This document shows, one piece after another, positions 37,055 to 46,702 of a DNA stretch of 64,000 nucleotides. Each line of letters opens with the position of its first letter. Positions within the stretch are counted from its first letter, which is position 1. Location of the stretch: the NCBI GenBank assembly GCA_035699625.1, contig DASSPM010000159.1, forward strand, positions 11,203 through 75,202, in the 5' to 3' direction. The DNA comes from Candidatus Limnocylindrales bacterium (lineage in GTDB: Bacteria > Chloroflexota > Limnocylindria > Limnocylindrales > CSP1-4). The position numbers and the translations under genes are program-made. Under the pieces are notes generated by a model that saw only the letters and a program-made list of their open reading frames with translations, was not told the DNA's origin and searched no databases.

Positions 37055-37072
37055 GCTACCGTACGGCGGCGC

Positions 37073-37942
37073 ATGAGCATCCCCTCCTCGAAGGCCGTGG
37101 CGTCCGGCCGCCCCGGCGACCCGCGGCCGAGCCTCCTCGGCCTGGTGCGGGCCGGCCTGGACGACCTGCTGACGCGCCGGCGCCTTATCGGCTTCCTGGT
37201 CGGCGCCGACCTCAAGCGGACGCACGCCGACACCATCATCGGCCAGCTCTGGTGGGTCGTCGATCCACTCCTCCAGATGGTCGTCTATGCCGTGCTCGTG
37301 GGGGTCGTCTTCCAGCGCAGCACGCCCGACTTCCCGCTCTTCCTCTTCGCCGCCATCCTGCCCTGGAAGTGGTTCAGCACCACGCTCAGCGACGCAACCA
37401 TCTCGGTCACCAACCGCTCCAGCCTCATCCGCCAGGTGCCCTTCCCGAAGCTGGTGCTGCCGGCGGCCGCGACCCTCGCCGGCACGGTCAGCTTCGCCAT
37501 CGGCCTCGTGGCGCTGGGGGCGGTCTACCTCTTCTATCTGCACCGGCTCAGCCCGTGGCTGCTGACGCTGCCCCTGGTGGCCCTCGTCCAGCTCGTCTTC
37601 ACCTTCTCGTTGGCCGTCCTCTTCGCCGCGCTGAACGCCTTCTATCGCGACGTCCAGAACGTGCTCCGCCATGCCCTGCGACTCTGGTTCTACGTCTCGC
37701 CGACGCTCTACTCGCTGGAGCAGCTCGAGGATCACGGTGAGATCGGGCGCGTCCTTGCGCTCAATCCGATGGCGCCCATCCTGACCAGCTACCGGAGCAT
37801 CATCTGGGGTCACGAGGGCGCCGCCACACGCGCGCCCGAGTGGCTTGGGCTGGGGGCCGTGGTGGTCCTCTCGCTCGTGCTGCTGGCCGTGGCGCTGGCC
37901 GTCTTCAAGCGGGTCGAGCCCGGCTTCGCCAGGATCCTCTGA
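37073..37942 (+). CDS. ABC-2 type polysaccharide/teichoic-acid export permease (Wzm/TagG-like)
   Basis: 289 aa. LIGFLVGADLKRTHADTIIGQLWWVVDPLLQM... has 6 TM helices and is typical of ABC-2 exporters. The ATG at 37073 lies only 18 bp from the divergent GT4 start. Confidence 0.85.
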   Translation: MSIPSSKAVASGRPGDPRPSLLGLVRAGLDDLLTRRRLIGFLVGADLKRTHADTIIGQLWWVVDPLLQMVVYAVLVGVVFQRSTPDFPLFLFAAILPWKWFSTTLSDATISVTNRSSLIRQVPFPKLVLPAAATLAGTVSFAIGLVALGAVYLFYLHRLSPWLLTLPLVALVQLVFTFSLAVLFAALNAFYRDVQNVLRHALRLWFYVSPTLYSLEQLEDHGEIGRVLALNPMAPILTSYRSIIWGHEGAATRAPEWLGLGAVVVLSLVLLAVALAVFKRVEPGFARIL

Positions 37943-38757
37943 TGGACGACCCCGGCGCCCGGCCGGCCATCGATGTCCAGGACCTGGGCGTGCGCTACAA
38001 CCTCAGGCTCACGCGGCGCACCACGCTGAAGGGCTCCCTGGCCGGCCTGGTCCGCTCACGCGACCAGGGCGCGGCGACGCACTTCTGGGCGGTGCGCCAC
38101 CTGACCTTCCGAGTCGCTCACGGCGAGTCGTTGGCCGTCATCGGCCCCAACGGCGCGGGCAAGTCGACGCTGCTGCTGGCGCTGGCGGGCATCCTCCAAC
38201 CCAGCGAGGGGCGCGTCGTGCTCGACGGCCGGGTGTCGACGCTGCTCACGCTGGGCGCCGGCTTCGAGCAGGAGCTCTCCGGGCGCGACAACATCGACCT
38301 GGCGGCCGCCTTCCTCGGCCTGGACCACCGGCAGATGGCCGAGTTGACGCCGCGCATCATCGAGTTCGCCGAGATCGGGCCCTTCATCGATGCGCCGGTC
38401 AAGACCTATTCGAGCGGCATGAAGGCGCGCCTCGGCTTCGCCATCGCCACGGCCATCACGCCCGACATCCTGCTGCTCGACGAGGTCATCGGCACGGGCG
38501 ACCAGGTCTTCCGCGCACGCAGCCAGGCGCGCATCCGTGAGCTGGTGGCCCAGGCGCGGGCGATCGTGCTGGTGACCCACGACATGAGCTTCGTGACCGA
38601 GTTCTGCAACCGGGCCATCCTGCTCGAGAAGGGCACCATCATCCACGAGGGCGAGCCGGCCGAGACGGTCGAGCTCTACCGCGAGCGGGTGCGCCAGCAC
38701 AAGCTGTTGGCCGAGAGCGAGGCGCAGCGCTTCGCGACGATGCCCGGCCAGGGGTAG
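37942..38757 (+). CDS. polysaccharide/teichoic-acid export ATP-binding protein (Wzt/TagH-like, short form)
   Basis: The ATG overlaps the wzm TGA (TGATG). Walker A GPNGAGKST, signature YSSGMKARL and Walker B LLLDEV. At 271 aa it has no C-terminal carbohydrate-binding domain. Confidence 0.9.
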   Translation: MDDPGARPAIDVQDLGVRYNLRLTRRTTLKGSLAGLVRSRDQGAATHFWAVRHLTFRVAHGESLAVIGPNGAGKSTLLLALAGILQPSEGRVVLDGRVSTLLTLGAGFEQELSGRDNIDLAAAFLGLDHRQMAELTPRIIEFAEIGPFIDAPVKTYSSGMKARLGFAIATAITPDILLLDEVIGTGDQVFRARSQARIRELVAQARAIVLVTHDMSFVTEFCNRAILLEKGTIIHEGEPAETVELYRERVRQHKLLAESEAQRFATMPGQG

Positions 38758-38783
38758 ACGTCCCGAGCGCGGGCGGCCCGAGC

Positions 38784-40031
38784 TCAGCCCGGCGGCACCA
38801 GCCGGCCGTAGAGCGCCAGCAGCGTCCCGGCCTGGCGCTCCCAGCCGTAGCGCTCGCGGGCGGCACGCAGGCAGGCCTCCCGGTACGCTGCCCGTCGCTC
38901 CGGCGACGCATCCACGATGTCGCGGATGGCGCGCGCGATGTCCTGCGGGTCACTCGGATCGCAGAGCACGCCGCAGCCGGTCTGGCGCACGATGGCTGCC
39001 ATGCCGGGCAGATCGGAGGCGACCACCGGGGTGCCCGCGCCCATGGCGTCGAAGAGCTTGGTGGGCGTGTTGAGGCGGTGATTGAGCGTGCTGCCGCGAA
39101 CGGGCATGGCCGAGACGTCCGCCGCCGCCGTCCAGGCCGGGATCGCCTCGGGCGCCACGCCCGGCAGGAAGTGGATGCGCTCGGCGTGGGGCAACGAGGC
39201 CGCCAGCGCGCGGTAGTGCTCCAGGCCGCCGCCGACGCCGACCACCGCGAGCACCGCCCGCTCGACCAGCCCGATGGCCGCGAAGAGCTCCTCCAGGCCG
39301 CGGTGCGCCACGACCTGCCCGAGGTAGAGCACGACCCGCGTGTCGGGCGCGAGCCCGAGGGCTCGATGGAAGAGGGGCTCGGGCGGCTCGGGCCGCTGCC
39401 AGGCGGGCGGACAATTCATGACGATGGCCGCAGGCGGGCGGCCCAGGAAGCGCTCGAGCACGCGGGCGTACGGCTCGCTGACCGTGATCCAGGCATCGGC
39501 GCGCGCGACCCAGGCCCGCTCGCGACGGCGAAGGAGCTCCTTCCAGGGCGGCGGCAGGCGCGCGAAGCGGCCGCTCTCGACGTGCACGTCGCGCGAGTCA
39601 TAGACGACGCGGCCGCCCCGGACCCGCGCCAGGGCGAGCGCGACGGGCAGCGTCACCAGGCCCTCGGCCTGCCACAGGTCGCCGTCGGGCGCCGCGCGCT
39701 CGATGTCCCGGGCCCAGCGTCGCGTGAGGGCCAGGTAGCGCAGCGCCTGCAGGCCGCGCCCGAGGCTGTCGCGGACGTAGCCGGCCGGACCGCGCAGACC
39801 CGCCGCGGTCGGGTCCGGCAGCGGGGGCGCCGGCAGCCAGCGCGGGGCGGCGGGCTGGGGCACGCGCAGGACGCGGAAGCCGTCTCGCTCCTCGGTCACC
39901 GGCAGGTCGGGCCCGCCACGTGCCACGACCGTGACCGACCAGCCCGCGGCGCTGGCCGAGCGAGCGATCTTCCAGGAGCGCGAGTCGGTCAGGAACGGGT
40001 TGTTGAGCAGCAGCACCAGGCGCCGCGTCAC
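38784..40031 (-). CDS. glycosyltransferase, paralog D of a four-member tandem family
   Basis: GTG 40031 overlaps the upstream TGA (GTGA). Motifs shared with the paralogs: NNPFLTDSR..., VVYDSRDVHVE, NCPPAW and STLNHRLNTPTKLFDAMGAGTPVV. Confidence 0.82.
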   Translation of the reverse strand: MTRRLVLLLNNPFLTDSRSWKIARSASAAGWSVTVVARGGPDLPVTEERDGFRVLRVPQPAAPRWLPAPPLPDPTAAGLRGPAGYVRDSLGRGLQALRYLALTRRWARDIERAAPDGDLWQAEGLVTLPVALALARVRGGRVVYDSRDVHVESGRFARLPPPWKELLRRRERAWVARADAWITVSEPYARVLERFLGRPPAAIVMNCPPAWQRPEPPEPLFHRALGLAPDTRVVLYLGQVVAHRGLEELFAAIGLVERAVLAVVGVGGGLEHYRALAASLPHAERIHFLPGVAPEAIPAWTAAADVSAMPVRGSTLNHRLNTPTKLFDAMGAGTPVVASDLPGMAAIVRQTGCGVLCDPSDPQDIARAIRDIVDASPERRAAYREACLRAARERYGWERQAGTLLALYGRLVPPG

Positions 40032-41353
40032 CCCTGCCCCTCCCCCGCAGCCAGCCGCCGGTAGAGCTCCCGCAGGCCAGCCTGCTGCGCCTCCCAGGTG
40101 TAGCGCTCGAGCGCCACGCGCCGGCAGTGGGCGCGCAGCCGCTCCCGCTCGTAGGCGGGCGTGGCGAGCATGGCCCCGGCCGCCTCGGCGATGGCCCGCG
40201 GCGAGTCCACGTCGCAGCAACGGCCGACGGCCTCGGCCGTCACCAGGCGGCAGTGCTCGGTGCCTTCGGCCACCAGCACCGGCACGCCCGCCATCAGGCT
40301 CTCGAAGAGCTTGTTGGCGAGGTTGAGGCGCTGGTTGAGCGTGCGCGGCGGCTGGCCCACGAAGCAGAGGTCGGCCGAGGCGGTCCACTCGAGCAGTTCG
40401 CTCGGCGGCACGGCCTGCAACACGAAGAGGCGGCCGGGGCGCGCCGCCGCCTCGCGCAGCAGCGGCTCGCGCAGGCGCCCGTAGCCGAGCAGCACCACCA
40501 CCGCCCCCGTCTCCGCCAGGGCGGGCTCGTCGAGCGCCGCGACGAGCTCCTCGATGCCCCGGTCGACACTCAGGCCGCCCTGGTAGAGCACGATGGGCGC
40601 CTCGGGCGGGACGCCCACGGTGTCGCGCAGCCGCCTGCTCGCCGGCGGTCCGGGCTCGTCGGGGCGCCATGCCGGTGGGCAGTTGAGGAGGGTCACCGGC
40701 CGGGCGACGCCGAAGCGCCTCTCCACTTCCGCGGCGACCGCCTCGCTGACGGCCGTGAGTCCCGCCGCTTCGCGCACCCAGGCTGCCTCGCGGCCGCGGA
40801 CCAGGGCACGCACGGGAGCCGGCATCCGACCGAGTCGCGCCGCCTCGGTGTGGATGTCGGCGATGTCATAGACGAAGCCGCCGCCGGTGCGAGCGGCGGC
40901 CGCGCGGATGACCGGCAGGGCGATGAGTGCCTTGGCATGGAAGACCTGTGCGTCGGGCGCGGCCCGCACGACCGCGTCGGTCCAGGGCCCGACACGCCGG
41001 GCGTGGGCGGCGATCTCGACCAGCCGGCGCAGGGGCGCGCGCAGGCGGTCGGCGCCGTGCGCCGGGGCCGCCGGCAGCACGGTCGCCTCGGGCTCGAAGC
41101 CGAGTGCCCGGGCCAGTGCGCCGCGCACGCCGTCGGGCAGCGGCCGCAGGGCGCCGGCCACCGTCCGGTCGATGTCGACGCGCACGACACGGACCCCCTC
41201 GCGAAGCGTCTGCTCGACCGCCAGCCCGGGCGCGGCGAAGGCGACCACGGTCACCGCGTGCCCATCCGCGGCGAGCGCCGTGGCGGTGCGCAGCAGGCGT
41301 GAGTCGTGCTCGAAGGTGTTGGCAGCCACGATGGCCACGCGCAGCTCAGCCAC
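40028..41353 (-). CDS. glycosyltransferase, paralog C
   Basis: GTG 41353 overlaps the upstream stop by 8 nt. Motifs ANTFEHDSR, FVYDIADIHTE, NCPPAW and RTLNQRLNLANKLFESLMAGVPVL. Confidence 0.82.
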   Translation of the reverse strand: MAELRVAIVAANTFEHDSRLLRTATALAADGHAVTVVAFAAPGLAVEQTLREGVRVVRVDIDRTVAGALRPLPDGVRGALARALGFEPEATVLPAAPAHGADRLRAPLRRLVEIAAHARRVGPWTDAVVRAAPDAQVFHAKALIALPVIRAAAARTGGGFVYDIADIHTEAARLGRMPAPVRALVRGREAAWVREAAGLTAVSEAVAAEVERRFGVARPVTLLNCPPAWRPDEPGPPASRRLRDTVGVPPEAPIVLYQGGLSVDRGIEELVAALDEPALAETGAVVVLLGYGRLREPLLREAAARPGRLFVLQAVPPSELLEWTASADLCFVGQPPRTLNQRLNLANKLFESLMAGVPVLVAEGTEHCRLVTAEAVGRCCDVDSPRAIAEAAGAMLATPAYERERLRAHCRRVALERYTWEAQQAGLRELYRRLAAGEGQG

Positions 41354-42629
41354 GGCCGGGTACCAGGCGGTCGGCGAGCTCGAGATAGGCCGGCGCGTGC
41401 ACGTCCCAGGCATAGCGCTCGGCGACGAGGCGGCGGGCCCGCTCGCGGCGCGCGCGGCGCTCCGCCGGCGGCGTGTCGAGCAGGGCGGCCAGGGCGGCGG
41501 CGATGGCGACCGGGTCGTCGTGCGTGGCGGCGATCCCCAAACCATCGGGCTCGACCACCCGCCGGATGCCCTCGAGCTCCCGCCCGTAGACGATGGGCGT
41601 GCCGCCGGCCAGGCTCTCCCAGAGCTTGTTGGGCGTTGAGAGGCGCAGGTTGAGCGTGCTGCCCGGGCTGACGAAGATGGTCGCGTCGGCACCTGCGGCC
41701 CAGCGCGGCACGTCGGCGGGCGGGACCGGCGGCAGCGTCACGTGGCGCCCCGGCCGTGCCGCGTCGCGCCGCCGGAGCTCCTCCTCGAGCGGGCCGTAGC
41801 CGAGGGCGACGAAGGCCGCCGTCGGCAGGCGCAGCACGGCGTCGCCCGCCTCCAGCAGCCCCCGACCGGGCACGAACCGGCCCAGGAAGAGGACGATGGA
41901 CACCTCGCGCGGCAGGCCAGCGGCTTCGCGCAGCAGCGTCGTCTCGCCGGTCGGCAGCTCGTCGCGCGCCGGGCAGTTGTAGAGCACCAGCGGCGGGCGG
42001 CTGAGGCCCCAGCGGCCCAGCGCGTCGTCGGCCAGGGCGTCGTTGACGGTCGTCAGGCCATCCACGTCGCGCACGAGGCGCGCCTCGCGCCGCCGATAGA
42101 GGGCACGGCGCCAGGCCGGCAGGGAGGGGTAGCGGCTGGCCTCAAGGAAGATGTCGATCATGTCGTAGACGACGCGCCCGGCGGCGCCCTCGCGACGGGC
42201 GCGGCGCGCCAGGTCGCGTGCCGCCCAGGCCGCCCCGAGACCGCAGGCATGGTAGAGGTCGGCCGGTGGCAGGCTACGCAGCCCGTGGCTCCAGGCACGC
42301 GCGGCGAGCGGCCAGGCGGCGACCTGGGCCAGTGCCCCCGGCGTCGGCAGGCCGCCGCGGCGCGCCGCCCGCTCCAGGGGTCCGCGCCGCTCGTGCAGGA
42401 ACGCGGCCAGCGGGCCGGCCGGCGCCACGCGCCGCAGGGTCACGCCGGGCGTGCCGGCATCGTGCTCGACCTCGGGCAACCCCTCCCCGGCCAGGCCGAC
42501 GACGGAGACCTGCCAGCCCGCGCCGGCGAGCGAGCGAGCCACGCGGTCGGTGCGCGCGTACGCCCGCAGCGTCTTATGCGAGAGCACCACGGCGCGGCGC
42601 GCCGCCGGGCGATCGGGCGGTGCGGCCAC
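41346..42629 (-). CDS. glycosyltransferase, paralog B
   Basis: GTG 42629. Motifs VVYDMIDIFLE, YNCPA and STLNLRLSTPNKLWESLAGGTPIV. Its N-terminal motif is the most divergent of the four (SHKTLRAYARTDR). Confidence 0.82.
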   Translation of the reverse strand: MAAPPDRPAARRAVVLSHKTLRAYARTDRVARSLAGAGWQVSVVGLAGEGLPEVEHDAGTPGVTLRRVAPAGPLAAFLHERRGPLERAARRGGLPTPGALAQVAAWPLAARAWSHGLRSLPPADLYHACGLGAAWAARDLARRARREGAAGRVVYDMIDIFLEASRYPSLPAWRRALYRRREARLVRDVDGLTTVNDALADDALGRWGLSRPPLVLYNCPARDELPTGETTLLREAAGLPREVSIVLFLGRFVPGRGLLEAGDAVLRLPTAAFVALGYGPLEEELRRRDAARPGRHVTLPPVPPADVPRWAAGADATIFVSPGSTLNLRLSTPNKLWESLAGGTPIVYGRELEGIRRVVEPDGLGIAATHDDPVAIAAALAALLDTPPAERRARRERARRLVAERYAWDVHAPAYLELADRLVPGRG

Positions 42630-42633
42630 GGTC

Positions 42634-44094
42634 TCAGGCAGCCTCGGGCGCGAGCGGCGCCTGCGGGGCGGGCGCGGACGCTTCGCTGCCCAGCAGGCGC
42701 CGGTAGAGGTCGATCAGAGCGGCCGACTCGGTCTCCCAGTTGTAGCGCTCCAGCGCCGCCTGGCGGCAGCGGCGGCGGAGCTCGAGCCGCGCCTCCGGCG
42801 AGAGGCGCAGGATACGCGCGAAGGCGAGCGCCACGGAGCGCGTGTCGGACGGGTCGCAGACCTCGCCCACGCCGCTCTCGCGGACCACGCGCGCCATCTC
42901 AGGGAAGTCGCTCACGACCACCGGCACACCGGCGGCGAGGCTCTCCCAGAGCTTGTTGGGCGTGGCCAGGTAGTGGTTGAGGGTGCTGCGCTCGATGGGC
43001 GCGCCGGTCACGTCGGCCGAGGCGGTCCACTCGAGCAGCACGTCCGGCGATACCGCGTCGACCACGAAGACCCGGCCGGGTCGGGCACGTGCCTGCTCCT
43101 CGAGCCAGGCCCGCATCGCGCCGTAGCCGAGGAAGACTGCCACGGCGTCGGAGAGCTCCGGCTCGTCGAGCGCGCCGATGATGCGCTCGATGCCACGGTG
43201 GAGCGTGAAGGAGCCCTGGTAGAGCAGGATGGGGCGATCGGTCGCGATGGGCAGGCCGGCCGTCGTCCGGAAGTGGTCCCGCACCGGGGGCTCGGGTGAC
43301 GCCGGCAGCCAGCGGGGCGGGCAGTTGCGCACGACCACCGGCGCGGGAACGCCGTAGCGACGCACGAGCTCGCCGGCGATGGACTCGTTGACCGTGACCA
43401 CCCCGTCCACCCGTCGCAGCAGCGCCGCCTCCAGGCGGGCGGCGAGGCGGCGCGTGCGGGGCTGCATGGAGGCGGCGGCGCGGCCCGACTCGAGGTAGAG
43501 CTCGTGGCTGTCGTAGACGACCAGGCCGCCCGCCCGGCGCGCATGACGCACGGCGTGCGCCAGCACCGGCAGATCGTGGGCATGGTAGACGTCGGCCTTG
43601 GGGAGCAGGTCACGCCCGTGGCGATACCAGGCGTAGAGCTGCCAGGCGAGGCCCGTCCAGAAGGAGGTCCGCCGCAGGACGGCGTAGGCAAGGCGGTCCA
43701 GCCGGTACGCACCGATCTGGCCCAGCTCGCGCGGGCCGCGCTGCGCCAGGCGCCGGAGGCGCGCCAGAGCACGGTCCGTGACCGGCGCGTCCGCGGGCGC
43801 GCGCGACAGCCCCGGCCGGTCCAGGCTCGCTCGCAGCAGGGCCACGGCCGGCACGCGCCGGATGACGAAGCCATCGCGCGCTTCCTCGGCCGGCAGGCCG
43901 TGCGCGGCCCGCGCCACGATGGTCACCTCGCCGCCCGCCGTGGCAAGGCTGGCCGCCTCGCGCAACACGCGCGAGTCGGTGGTGCAGTCGTTGAAGACGA
44001 ACATGCACACCCGCCGCCCCTGGAGTGGCCGGTGGGCGATCGTGGCGTCGAGGCGCGTGGCGTCGGTGACCGCGGGGCCGCTGGGCGCCTCCAT
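42634..44094 (-). CDS. glycosyltransferase, paralog A
   Basis: ATG 44094 overlaps the epimerase TGA by 1 nt. Motifs FNDCTTDSR, VVYDSHELYLE, NCPPRW and STLNHYLATPNKLWESLAAGVPVV. Confidence 0.82.
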   Translation of the reverse strand: MEAPSGPAVTDATRLDATIAHRPLQGRRVCMFVFNDCTTDSRVLREAASLATAGGEVTIVARAAHGLPAEEARDGFVIRRVPAVALLRASLDRPGLSRAPADAPVTDRALARLRRLAQRGPRELGQIGAYRLDRLAYAVLRRTSFWTGLAWQLYAWYRHGRDLLPKADVYHAHDLPVLAHAVRHARRAGGLVVYDSHELYLESGRAAASMQPRTRRLAARLEAALLRRVDGVVTVNESIAGELVRRYGVPAPVVVRNCPPRWLPASPEPPVRDHFRTTAGLPIATDRPILLYQGSFTLHRGIERIIGALDEPELSDAVAVFLGYGAMRAWLEEQARARPGRVFVVDAVSPDVLLEWTASADVTGAPIERSTLNHYLATPNKLWESLAAGVPVVVSDFPEMARVVRESGVGEVCDPSDTRSVALAFARILRLSPEARLELRRRCRQAALERYNWETESAALIDLYRRLLGSEASAPAPQAPLAPEAA

Positions 44095-45272
44095 CAGCCC
44101 GCCAGCCAGTCGGTGACGGCGCCGGCCACGGCGCGCGCCACTCCGGCAGGCGCGACGGTGGCGCCCGCCGCTCGGCGGCGCGCCTCAGCGGCCGCCGAGT
44201 CGCCCGGTGCCAGCCGGCCAAGGGCCGCGCGCGCCCGCCCGCTGTCGCGGCCCACGAGGAGCGCTCGACCGCCCGAGGCGACGAGCGTCTCGGGCCACTC
44301 CGTCGTTTCGCGCAGCACCAGCGCCGGCACGCCCAGCCAGTGCGCCTCGCGCTGGACGCCGCCGGAGTCGGTCACCACGGCGGCGGCGTGGAGCTGCAGG
44401 GCGAGCGTGGTGCGGTAGCCCAGGGGTGGCAACAGGTGCACACCCGCAGGGACCACCGAACCGTGCTCGTCGATGACCCGCTTGGTGCCCGGGTGGAGCG
44501 CCAGCGCCACCGGTCGATCGAGCTCGCCCAGGAGGCGGAGCCACTCTGCCGTCGCAGCGGGCTCGCGGTTCTCGGCACGGTGCACCGTGGCGAAGAGGTA
44601 CTCGCCGGGTCGCAGGCTTAGCTCCCGCACCGCATCGGGCGCCGCCGCGCCGATGCTGTCTGGCTGGCGTACCTGGTCGATGGTCGCCGCCAGGAGGTCC
44701 TGCATCAGGTCGCCCACGACGACGATGCGCTGGCGGTGGTGCCGAGCCGAGCCGCTGTCCGCGTCCGCGCCGTCCGCGTCGGCCAGACGCTCCACGGCGA
44801 TGCCCTCCGCGCGCAGGTTGCGCGCCGCCTCGTCGCCGGTCACGAGCAACAGCCCCGAGAGGTGGTCGACCACGACGCGGTTGAGCTCCTCGGGCATGCG
44901 CCGGTCGTAGCTGCGCAGGCCGGCCTCGACGTGCGCCAGGGCCAGATCCAGCTTCGACGCCGCCAGCGCCCCGGCCAGGGTCGAGTTCGTGTCGCCGAAG
45001 ACGACCACCGCGTCGGGCCGCTCGTCGAGCAGCAGCGGCTCGAGCCGGTCGAGCATGGCCGCCGTCTGGCGCGCGTGGCTGCCGCTGCCCACGCCCAGCT
45101 CGTGGTCGGGCAGGGGCAGGCCCAGCTCCGCGAAGAAGGTGCCCGCCAGCTGTTCGTCGTAGTGCTGGCCCGTGTCCACCAGCACGGGCTGGTGCGCCTC
45201 GCGCAGGGCCGGCCAGGCCGCCGCCGCCTTGATCAGCTGGGGCCTGGTGCCGACGACACAGACGAGCTTCAC
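44094..45272 (-). CDS. wecB: UDP-N-acetylglucosamine-type 2-epimerase, non-hydrolysing (WecB/WbpI-like)
   Basis: VVGTRPQLIKAAA...DTGQHYD...GSGSHARQTA...VFGDTNSTLAGALAA...HVEAGLRS.D..MPEE.NR. Confidence 0.9.
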   Translation of the reverse strand: MKLVCVVGTRPQLIKAAAAWPALREAHQPVLVDTGQHYDEQLAGTFFAELGLPLPDHELGVGSGSHARQTAAMLDRLEPLLLDERPDAVVVFGDTNSTLAGALAASKLDLALAHVEAGLRSYDRRMPEELNRVVVDHLSGLLLVTGDEAARNLRAEGIAVERLADADGADADSGSARHHRQRIVVVGDLMQDLLAATIDQVRQPDSIGAAAPDAVRELSLRPGEYLFATVHRAENREPAATAEWLRLLGELDRPVALALHPGTKRVIDEHGSVVPAGVHLLPPLGYRTTLALQLHAAAVVTDSGGVQREAHWLGVPALVLRETTEWPETLVASGGRALLVGRDSGRARAALGRLAPGDSAAAEARRRAAGATVAPAGVARAVAGAVTDWLAG

Positions 45273-46702
45273 GCGCCCCCGCTCGACGAGCTCGCCGCGG
45301 CCAGGCGCCTGCCGTTGCGGGCGCCGCGTGCTCCCTCTCGCCCGTTCGGGAGGCCGACGCCGATGTAGCGCACGTCGTCGGGCCGCGGCACGTCGCGCAG
45401 GCCGTTGCGGCCGTCGTAGACGACGCGGAGTGCCGGGAAGCGGCCGTAGTCGATGGCCCGGTAGAGCGGATCGGCCGTCTGGAGCACGATGGCCACGGCG
45501 TCCGATCCGTCGCCCCAGGTGTAGGGCTCGGCGCCGAGGCGCCGGACCTCGTCGGCAGAGAGGAGCGGGTCGTGGGCGTGGACCTGGGCGCCGTGGAAGC
45601 GGAGTCGCTCGATGAGCGGCAGGGCGCGCGAGTAGGCCAGCTCCTTGACCCCCGCGCGATAGGTGAGCCCGAGCACGAGCACCGGCACTCCCTCCAGCGA
45701 GCCGAGCTCGCGCTGCAGCTCCTGCACGGCCAGCCCGACCTGGCCGTCGTTGACGCGGCGCGAGATGACCGGCAGCTGGAGCTCAGGCGCGCGGTGGATC
45801 AGGAAATGCGGGTAGACGGGGATGCAGTGGCCGCCGACGCCGATGCCGGGCTGGTGGATGTGCGAGAAGGGCTGGCTGTTGGCGCCGCGGATGACCTCCT
45901 CGACGTCGACGCCGACGCGTTCCGCGTAGCGCGCGAACTCGTTGGCCAGGGCGATGTTGACGTCGCGGTAGGTCGTCTCGGCCAGCTTGGCGAACTCGGC
46001 CGCCTCGGCCGACGAGAGTCGCCAGACCTCGGCCGGCAGCACGCTGCGGTAGAAGGCGACCGCCCGCTCGGCGCTGGCGGCGTCGACGCCGCCGACCAGC
46101 TTGGGGTAGGTGGCCAGGTCGCGGAAGACGCGCCCGGTGAAGACGCGCTCGGGACTGAAGGCGAGCAGGAAGCCGGCCTCCGCGTCGCCCAGGGTCAGGC
46201 CGCTGGCGGCCTCGAGGGCGGGTCCGAAGCGAGTGCGCGTGTCGCCCACCGGCAGGGTCGTCTCGTAGACCACCAGGCAGCCGGGGTGGAGGCCCTCCCC
46301 GACGGCCTGCGTCGCGCTGTCCAGCCAGCGGTAGTCGGGCAGCTGCTCATCGGAAAGCATGAGCGGCACGATCATGACCACCACGTCGGCGCGGCGCGCA
46401 GCCTCGGCATGGGAGAGCGTGGCCTCGAAGCGGCCCGCGGCGTGGGCCTCGGCGATGCGCTCCGCGAGCCCCGGCTCCTCGTCGACGTGGACCCGACCGG
46501 CGTTGAGCGTCTCGACCACGTCGGGCAGCACGTCCACCCCGATGACGTGCCAGCCGGACGCCGCGTACTGGGCCGCCAGGGGCAGCCCGATCTTGCCCAT
46601 ACCGACCACGGCCACCGTGCCGACCGTGCCCGGCTCGCCCCGCCAGGGCGACACGTGGCGGCGCGACTCGGTCGGAGCGCTGTCGGGCAGCGGCTGGGTC
46701 AT
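45269..46702 (-). CDS. UDP-sugar 6-dehydrogenase (UDP-GlcNAc/ManNAc dehydrogenase, WbpA/WecC-like)
   Basis: ATG 46702 (ATGA overlap) gives 477 aa. Rossmann motif VAVVGMGKIGLPLA and catalytic GIGVGGHCIPVYP. Confidence 0.88.
   Translation of the reverse strand: MTQPLPDSAPTESRRHVSPWRGEPGTVGTVAVVGMGKIGLPLAAQYAASGWHVIGVDVLPDVVETLNAGRVHVDEEPGLAERIAEAHAAGRFEATLSHAEAARRADVVVMIVPLMLSDEQLPDYRWLDSATQAVGEGLHPGCLVVYETTLPVGDTRTRFGPALEAASGLTLGDAEAGFLLAFSPERVFTGRVFRDLATYPKLVGGVDAASAERAVAFYRSVLPAEVWRLSSAEAAEFAKLAETTYRDVNIALANEFARYAERVGVDVEEVIRGANSQPFSHIHQPGIGVGGHCIPVYPHFLIHRAPELQLPVISRRVNDGQVGLAVQELQRELGSLEGVPVLVLGLTYRAGVKELAYSRALPLIERLRFHGAQVHAHDPLLSADEVRRLGAEPYTWGDGSDAVAIVLQTADPLYRAIDYGRFPALRVVYDGRNGLRDVPRPDDVRYIGVGLPNGREGARGARNGRRLAAASSSSGGA

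Noticed and set aside
34961-37072. Upstream 704 codons of the 993-aa plus-strand ORF that contains wzm
   Set aside because: It runs antisense to the KpsS-like and GT4 genes. ABC-2 permease similarity starts only at ATG 37073.
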